A stretch of DNA of 43,436 nt, taken from Barthelona sp. PAP020. Its lineage: Eukaryota. The stretch lies in the NCBI GenBank assembly GCA_040182905.1, contig JARQWU010000061.1, forward strand, positions 1 through 43,436. Direction: 5' to 3'. This document shows, one piece after another, positions 37,557-43,436 of this stretch. The position numbers and the translations under genes were made by a program. Positions within the stretch are counted from its first letter, which is position 1. Each line of letters begins with the position of its first letter. A model generated the notes under the pieces. The model worked only from the letters and a program-made list of their open reading frames with translations. It made no database searches and was not told the DNA's origin.

Positions 37557-38012
37557 ATGGACTTATTTTCCGGCGATATATCTGATGCTAAACAAAAAGA
37601 AGGACTAAGGCAATTATTTAATACTTTTGACAGTGATGGAAGTGGTCATATAGATTTGGAAGAAATGGAATACTTATTGAATTCCATATCTGCAGCACTC
37701 ACAAAAAACCAAATACAAGAAATCATGACAATAGCAGATGCAGATGGAAATGGAACCATTGAATTTGAAGAGTTCGTTGAATTGATTCAAGCTGTACAAC
37801 CCACCACTGAAGATGAAATTCGGCGAACATTTAAGATATTAGATCAAGATCAAGATGGTTATATTGATTTGGAAGAATTGCGATCAGTTCTAATGAAGCT
37901 TTGCGTGGAAGAAGATATTCAATTGATCGAAGAAATGATAAAGTCTATTGATGTTGATGATGATGGAAAGATTAGTTTGGAAGAATTTTTTACTCTAAAT
38001 ACTAAACGATAA
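37557..38012 (+). CDS. Calmodulin-like protein with four EF-hands
   Basis: First ATG at 37557; 151 aa. EF loops DSDGSGHIDLEE, DADGNGTIEFEE, DQDQDGYIDLEE and DVDDDGKISLEE. Too divergent to be canonical calmodulin. Confidence 0.92.
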   Translation: MDLFSGDISDAKQKEGLRQLFNTFDSDGSGHIDLEEMEYLLNSISAALTKNQIQEIMTIADADGNGTIEFEEFVELIQAVQPTTEDEIRRTFKILDQDQDGYIDLEELRSVLMKLCVEEDIQLIEEMIKSIDVDDDGKISLEEFFTLNTKR

Positions 38013-38078
38013 TTGTAAATATATTTGTAAAAAAAAAAAATTTTTTTTCCTACCAACAATTTTTTTTCTCAAAATCTA

Positions 38079-39104
38079 ATGAATTTGAATGATTTATTGA
38101 CCACATATGAAGAAAAAAGGTCACATAAATCATATATGAATGTAGTTAATCATATATTAAATAACGCTACGGAAAAGAAAACAGAATTGAGGAAAAGATT
38201 ATTTATCACCATGTTAGATTTAAAACCTATGGGATTAGTTGAAAATACTACATCTTCATATTACAAACAGATTTCTTTGGATACCAATCGAGCAACAAAT
38301 TTTGATTCTCCCCCGAAAGTCTTATGTGAAAAGGAAAAACTCAATTTAAAAGTCATTTTAGAATCTTTATTGTTTTATTCACCTGAATGTCATTATTATC
38401 AAGGATTACATGCCATTGTTTCTTTATTGAAACTGGTATTTCCCGAAGATACTAAAACTGACAATGAATATGTATTATCAGCATTGTACAAATTGACAAA
38501 ACATCATTTAAAATGGTGTTGTTTGGAGTCTTTTGACGTTGTCCAATCAGTTCTTTTGTTAATACCTTGCATTTTAGAAAAATTCAATGAATCGCTTGCA
38601 AAATTTGTATTGATGGCTGATCCTCCTTGTATTTTTCCAATGAGTTGGATATTGACTTTGTTTGGTTATATCATGTCCAACGAAGATGATGCTTATAGAG
38701 TCTTTGAATTTTTGGTTTTTTCTCATCCAATTGCTGGTATTTATTTAACTTGTTCCTATTTATTGAAGGAAAAAGACCTCATTTTGAATATGAGTACTCC
38801 TGAAGAAATATTCAATCTTTCTAAAAATTCTAGCCCGGTGTGGGAAGAGCTTATTAAAGACACTGTACACTATCTAAAAAAATATCCAATAAACAGTCTT
38901 TTGGCAAATGACATCACCGTTAAAAACGCTTGTGATGATGTATTCCCATTTGATTATTGTCCCATTTTTGATGAACTATCAATCGATAATGATGAAAACA
39001 CAGACAGATCTAATTCTTTAAATGTTCTAAAAAAGCGCTCATACATTGGCATTGCAATTGGAATCGCTATTTGTGGTGGTTTGTTGTTGTTCAATATGGA
39101 ATGA
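38079..39104 (+). CDS. TBC-domain Rab GTPase-activating protein, TBC1D20/Gyp8-like, tail-anchored
   Basis: QISLDTNRA (IxxDxxR arginine finger), HYYQGLHAI (YxQ glutamine finger), FPMSWILTLF, RVFEFLVFSHP, and a C-terminal hydrophobic tail YIGIAIGIAICGGLLLF. Confidence 0.88.
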   Translation: MNLNDLLTTYEEKRSHKSYMNVVNHILNNATEKKTELRKRLFITMLDLKPMGLVENTTSSYYKQISLDTNRATNFDSPPKVLCEKEKLNLKVILESLLFYSPECHYYQGLHAIVSLLKLVFPEDTKTDNEYVLSALYKLTKHHLKWCCLESFDVVQSVLLLIPCILEKFNESLAKFVLMADPPCIFPMSWILTLFGYIMSNEDDAYRVFEFLVFSHPIAGIYLTCSYLLKEKDLILNMSTPEEIFNLSKNSSPVWEELIKDTVHYLKKYPINSLLANDITVKNACDDVFPFDYCPIFDELSIDNDENTDRSNSLNVLKKRSYIGIAIGIAICGGLLLFNME

Positions 39105-39218
39105 TCGTATTTTGAATCAAACAAGTGCTAAAGAAGAAGAAAGTACGCATTGAATTTGAGAAAAATCTTGCTTATAAATTTTGTTCTGGTTTTTCCAGAA
39201 CCAATTTTTTTTGTTCGA

Positions 39219-39262
39219 TAAATTAAATTAAATTAAATTAAATTAAAATAAATTAAATTAAT
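39219..39262. repeat. (TAAAT)n pentanucleotide microsatellite
   Basis: About 8 tandem TAAAT units with one TAAAA variant, read directly from the sequence. Confidence 0.9.
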
Positions 39263-39492
39263 ATTTTTTTTGTTCAAATCAATAATAACACTAGTTGATA
39301 TAATATCTAATCTAGATATTTGACGTTAAAAGAAAAGTATTAAAAAAAGAAATGGAATCATTTGGTTCTTCTTGATGAAACGGTTTCACATTAAATCTTG
39401 GTATTAAATGGAAAGAGACAAAAATCTCGTTCCAATAAAAAAAAGTTATGCTAATTTATAGAGAAATGAATAAATTTTGTTATTTCAACTAT

Positions 39493-39633
39493 TTAATCAA
39501 GAATAAGTGTTTCTACAATAAAGGAAAGAAACCAAAGTCTATCCACATTGAAGAGACCTTTTTCAAAAGAAAAAGTATTCAATATATCCTGAGTGGTGTC
39601 AATATTTATAAATTCCACGGTTTTGGAAATCAC
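39493..39633 (-). pseudogene. Small divergent ORF or gene remnant, copy A (46 codons, GTG at the aligned start)
   Basis: VISKTVEFINIDTTQDILNTFSFEK...ETLILD* aligns with copy B. Substitutions concentrate at third codon positions in this frame; there is no ATG. Confidence 0.45.
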
Positions 39634-39916
39634 ACAAGCAAAATTTCTTTTAAAAAAGTTCTTTGAGGATAAATAACAACTATACAACAAAAATGTTACA
39701 CCAATTTTTAATTGGGAGAATAAATTGAAATCTTAAAAAAGGAAAAAGAGAAAAAAAAAGAAAAAATTGAGTAACATTCCATCATTTTTTCATTTGTCCA
39801 TGTTCGCCTTTGAAGAAAACCAAGGATCATATGAATTAGATCAACGTGCAAAGAAACCCAGAAAAATTGTTGAAGAACCAGACGAAGATGCTTTTGCAAA
39901 ATTGGATTGGTTTTTG
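39495..39916 (+). repeat. Diverged direct repeat, copy A (upstream region plus first ~39 codons of the WD40 gene)
   Basis: Collinear blocks shared with 42052-42499: aatcaagaataa, tgagtggtgt, tttataaattc, aataaattgaaatct, cagaaaaattg, tgaagaaccagacgaagatgcttttg. Confidence 0.92.
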
Positions 39917-41170
39917 GACAAAACTGAGTATGAAGAGAAGGTTCCAAGTTTAAAAAGGCAGATTGATGAATTAAAAGAGGAAAAAGAGACGTGTTTGTGT
40001 AAAGAACGAGACTTCAACAATGAAGTGGATGATTTCAAGATTAGAGAAGAGAAATGGATGAATAAAAACCAAGAATTAACAAATAAAGTCGATTTTTTGA
40101 CAAAACAACTGATGGAGCTTGGGAACAGAAATCATGGAAAACAACCAGTTGAAAATACAAAGCAATTTCTTTCAAATGATTTAACTAACAAAGTGAATGA
40201 GCTTATATACAACAATGATGAAGATCAACCAAACGAAAATAGAAGGCAAATTCTTGATTCACATGAAAGATTTGAAGAAAATCCTGTGTTTAGCGAGGAA
40301 TTTCCTGATAGCGAGGTTTATGCCCTTGATTACAACTCTGATGGAAGGGTTTTTGCAGTTTCAGGATATCGTGATACATTACTCAGAGTCTATAACACTG
40401 AAACACATGAAATTCTGTATGAAGAGAAATATGTAAAAGATTGGGGTCTTAATTTCAGTCCAGACTCCAAACTGTTGGCAATTGGTGAAGGTGAAGATCC
40501 AGTAATTCATATCATTGAAGTTGATTTTTGGAGAGTAGTAAGAGTGATTAGGGGCATGGCAAATAATTTAAATCGGTTGTGGTTTTCACCAGATGGCAAA
40601 TTGCTTTCTTTTGGTATGGATAACGGTTACATTGCGATATACACGGTTGAAGGACAGAAGTTGCATGAATCTCGAGCACATGAAGATCATGTTCGATCTG
40701 TACGTATTAGCCCTGATATGAAGTACTTTGCATCTGTCAGCCATGATGGATGTTCAAAGTTGTTTTCATTGGAGACATATGAAGAGCTTCGCACGTGGAG
40801 TCATCATGGTAACGAAGTCACATCAGGCAACTTCTCACCCGATGGTGCTTATTGGGGGACAGGTGATACCAGTGGCACAATCAGAATATTTGATGTTGAA
40901 TCTGGAAAATTGTTGAGAAGGTTTAAGGTTCATGATGATGTGATAGAATCTGTCATCTTCTCTCAAGATGGTTCATTGATCTTTTCTGGTTCTAGTGATG
41001 GATCATTTGCTGTTATTCGAAGAGAAATAGGTCAAGTGCTGCAGAAGGTGCGTGTACCTTTTGCAATTCAAGCTATGGCTCTCAACCATGATGGAACTCG
41101 TTTGTTGTGTAGTGGTTACAATGGTCGGAATAATGTCCCAATCCAAGAGTTCATTGCTTCAAACCTGTGA
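39800..41170 (+). CDS. Header + coiled-coil + WD40-repeat protein (456 aa)
   Basis: First ATG at 39800, aligned with the kinase ATG at 42380. Coiled coil LKRQIDELKEEK...QELTNKV, then about 7 WD40 blades (LDYNSDGRVFAVSG, LNFSPDSKLLAIG, AHEDHVRSVRISPD, VHDDVIESVIFSQDG). Confidence 0.92.
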   Translation: MFAFEENQGSYELDQRAKKPRKIVEEPDEDAFAKLDWFLDKTEYEEKVPSLKRQIDELKEEKETCLCKERDFNNEVDDFKIREEKWMNKNQELTNKVDFLTKQLMELGNRNHGKQPVENTKQFLSNDLTNKVNELIYNNDEDQPNENRRQILDSHERFEENPVFSEEFPDSEVYALDYNSDGRVFAVSGYRDTLLRVYNTETHEILYEEKYVKDWGLNFSPDSKLLAIGEGEDPVIHIIEVDFWRVVRVIRGMANNLNRLWFSPDGKLLSFGMDNGYIAIYTVEGQKLHESRAHEDHVRSVRISPDMKYFASVSHDGCSKLFSLETYEELRTWSHHGNEVTSGNFSPDGAYWGTGDTSGTIRIFDVESGKLLRRFKVHDDVIESVIFSQDGSLIFSGSSDGSFAVIRREIGQVLQKVRVPFAIQAMALNHDGTRLLCSGYNGRNNVPIQEFIASNL

Positions 41171-42049
41171 AACTTCACATTGCATTTTGCATTTATGCCT
41201 CATGATGACATGTTCACTTTGCTTCTCAGGTTCCACAACTTGCAAATTTAAAACACATTTTCATTTCATCATTTAATGCATTTTCAAACTGCTTTTTGAC
41301 CACAGATTCACTTCAAATCCCTAAAACAACATCAACCAGCCATAAATGAAATGAAACCAAATCACTTAAATGATTTGAGAAATTGGACATCTCAAACCTT
41401 TTGTCCTCTTATTTTTGTGATGTTTCTCATTATTTTGACAAAAACTTCTTTAATTTGAACCAATTTAACAGGTTGGTGGACATGAAATCTCAAACATGTT
41501 GCTTTGGCAAATTGATTCAACAGCCTCCAACAACATTAAGTCCGTCAAATCGGGGTGTTTTCAAATAAACATGAGGCTTTACATCCCATCCCAATGAGTT
41601 TATACCTCCAATTCACTTTAATTATGTTGTCTTTTGTTCTTTCAAGACGTTTTTGACATTTTTGGATTAATAGATCAGATGATCAATGGCCTTTGATCAA
41701 TTATCTCAAAAATATCAAACCAATTCTTGGGTAGGGATCAAACAATGTAACTTTCAGAAAAAAGAAATGGAAAAATTCAATTTTGATGAGTAATTATAAA
41801 CTTGGGATCATGTTTCCTGTCAGAGTTCTTTTGTAATTTTAAGGAAGCAAAATATTGACATTCTTTCCCTTCATTTTAGAAAAATCTTAAGTCTTTCAGC
41901 AGATCAATCGGGTTTCAAAAACTTTAAACCGAATAAAAGTATTTTGTTTTTATTCACTCATTGCTTGAAAGCCTGTTGCTGTAGTTGTGAAACAACTATA
42001 TTATCTATTTAATGTGAAAGAAATGGTTGTTGTTACTCATCCAATTTAT

Positions 42050-42211
42050 TCAATCAAGAATAATTGTGTTTGTTGTATTTTGACAAGGAACTCAAACAAA
42101 TGTCAGGCAATTCAAGTTTTTCCAAATAAAGACATATTTTTCAAAGGAAAAAGCCCTCAAAACATCTTGAGTGGTGTTTATGTTTATAAATTCAACGGTT
42201 TTTGAAAACAT
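42050..42211 (-). pseudogene. Small divergent ORF or gene remnant, copy B (ATG start, internal TGA at 42092-42094)
   Basis: MFSKTVEFININTTQDVLRAFSFEKYVFIWKNLNCLTFV*VPCQNTTNTIILD*; it ends in the same ILD-stop as copy A. Confidence 0.45.
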
Positions 42212-42499
42212 AACTTTTGGAAAAAAGATCATTTTTCTTTTAAAACAGTTCTTTTTAGGTAAATAACAAATACACAACAAAATATTTGATCACTTTTTTG
42301 AATAATACAATAAATTGAAATCTAACAGAAAGCTAAATTAGAAAAAATGTTTTGCAAAATTTCATCTTTCCATTTATACATGTTGAGCTTTGAAGAATTT
42401 GAAAGATTAAAAAACCTTGAACATCAGCGTGTAAAGAAGCGCAGAAAAATTGGTGAAGAACCAGACGAAGATGCTTTTGAAAAATTAGATAATTTTTTG
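42052..42499 (+). repeat. Diverged direct repeat, copy B (upstream region plus first ~40 codons of the kinase gene)
   Basis: Same ordered blocks as 39495-39916, offset by about 2.56-2.58 kb. Confidence 0.92.
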
Positions 42500-43436
42500 A
42501 AATCGAGTGACGTCAATATACCAGGAAGTGACTTTGAAATAGTAAAAAGAGACTTCAAAATAGGTGGATTTGGGCTCTTACATCTTGCCAAAAGACATGG
42601 AAAGATTGTAGTAATCAAAGTATTTGTTGATAAAGTTGAAAAAATTACTGATGATGAACTTAACAGGGAATGCTTTCCTATGGTTTTAAATCACCCATTT
42701 ATTCGACAAATCTTTGGAGTTACTGAGATTGAGAACAAAAAGGCTGTTGTAATGGAGTATTGTGATGCTGATCTTGAGGAAATGATACCAGAGTTGTCAT
42801 TGAAGGAGAAGTTGGTTATCATGATGCAGGTTTCGTCTGCGCTTGAGTTTTGTCACAGGAAAGGTGTTATGCACAGGGATTTGAAGCCGAATAATGTGTT
42901 GTTGAGACTTGGTGTAGATGGTGTTTATACACCTGCCATCGCTGATTTTGGGCTTGTTCGTGATACAAGCAGGAGTTCTGCAAATTCGATGATGGGCGCA
43001 ATTAGGTACGTGGCTCCTGAATTGGCTGATGAATCTGAAGCTATTAAGGCTATGCCTGCTGATGTTTGGTCTTTTGGTGTTATGTTGGCTCAGGTCATTT
43101 CTGGTTTTCTTCCTTTTGAAGGGTTGAGTGAGTTTCAAATTGCTAAAAAATTGATCAAGGGACAACTTCCGTATGGCAAGGAATTATTGGATACAATACC
43201 TGGGTTTGGAATTATAAAGAGGTGTTTAGCTGTTGAGACTGCTGCCAGGCCAACGTTCAGCGAGATCACGGAGTATTTGCAGATGTTAATTGAGCGTTTC
43301 GAAGGGTTGGGATTCGACGAGAAGAGGTTGGTGAAGGAGAATGCTCTGTTGAAGGAGGAAAAGAACATTTGGCTTTTGGAAAGAAAGGGATATGTGGAAA
43401 GGGTTCAAGAATTGACAGATGAAATCGGTGAGTTGA
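42380..43436 (+). CDS. Header + protein kinase (Ser/Thr or TKL-like) + start of coiled coil; 3'-partial
   Basis: Absent from the ORF track because there is no stop before the window end. Manual translation: MLSFEEF...KIGGFGLLH...IVVIKVF...LNRE...VVMEYC...MHRDLKPNNVLL...IADFGLVR...RYVAPE...ADVWSFGVML...RCLAVETAARPTF. An alternative in-frame ATG lies at 42347. Confidence 0.95.
   Translation, partial: MLSFEEFERLKNLEHQRVKKRRKIGEEPDEDAFEKLDNFLKSSDVNIPGSDFEIVKRDFKIGGFGLLHLAKRHGKIVVIKVFVDKVEKITDDELNRECFPMVLNHPFIRQIFGVTEIENKKAVVMEYCDADLEEMIPELSLKEKLVIMMQVSSALEFCHRKGVMHRDLKPNNVLLRLGVDGVYTPAIADFGLVRDTSRSSANSMMGAIRYVAPELADESEAIKAMPADVWSFGVMLAQVISGFLPFEGLSEFQIAKKLIKGQLPYGKELLDTIPGFGIIKRCLAVETAARPTFSEITEYLQMLIERFEGLGFDEKRLVKENALLKEEKNIWLLERKGYVERVQELTDEIGEL

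Noticed and set aside
39183..39212. Rho-independent terminator-like hairpin plus T-run
   Set aside because: The context is clearly eukaryotic and the stem is only 7 bp; kept only as a weak 3'-flank observation.
39448..39666. Plus-strand 72-aa ORFs 39448-39666 and 41987-42205 as the conserved product of the repeat
   Set aside because: They are in register with the minus frame, but substitutions fall mostly at their first codon positions and include GGA to TGA, so the minus frame fits better. Not fully excluded.
42092..42094. TGA read as Trp or Sec in the small ORF
   Set aside because: TGA terminates three intact genes in the window and I saw no supporting recoding signal; a nonsense mutation is simpler.
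42259..42332. Possible 5'-UTR intron (GTAAAT...TCTAACAG) upstream of the kinase
   Set aside because: Neither the GT nor the CTAAC is kept in copy A, the branch site is not ACTAAC, and no reading frame requires it.
42424..43368. Minus-strand ORFs 42424-42618, 42797-43165 and 43135-43368
   Set aside because: They are antisense shadows of the plus-strand kinase gene.
1..43436. Bacterial origin of the window, CRISPR array, tRNA/rRNA, transposase or TIR element, alternative genetic code
   Set aside because: Proteasome Rpt3, TBC, E2F/DP and a spliceosomal intron indicate a eukaryote. I saw no spaced repeats, RNA-gene motifs, transposase motifs or terminal repeats, and all three stops end conserved genes at the expected places.

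Overview
AT-rich, gene-dense, intron-poor eukaryotic (protist-like) DNA that uses the standard genetic code: TAA, TAG and TGA all serve as stops. Genes in order: an HPS5/TECPR2-like beta-propeller protein with a C-terminal RING-H2 (-); phosphoglycerate kinase (-); a small E2F/DP-family factor (+); an intronless 29-kb ORF for a 9,669-aa predicted surface protein (+); proteasome ATPase Rpt3 (-), whose real 5' end needs a 45-nt intron the ORF track misses; a calmodulin-like protein; a tail-anchored TBC1D20/Gyp8-like RabGAP; a coiled-coil/WD40 protein; and a protein kinase that runs off the window end. Two things stand out. (1) A duplicated ~430-bp cassette places a shared upstream region and a ~40-aa NLS-like header in front of two different cargoes (WD40 versus kinase), and it hides a divergent small ORF with a codon-biased substitution pattern. 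(2) The giant protein combines bacterial autotransporter-like beta-helix repeats, inserted Cys/aromatic loops (one with tachyplesin/gomesin Cys spacing), Pmp-like repeats, Cys-rich repeats and about 9 TM segments. All family calls come from motifs recognised by eye; no searches were run.
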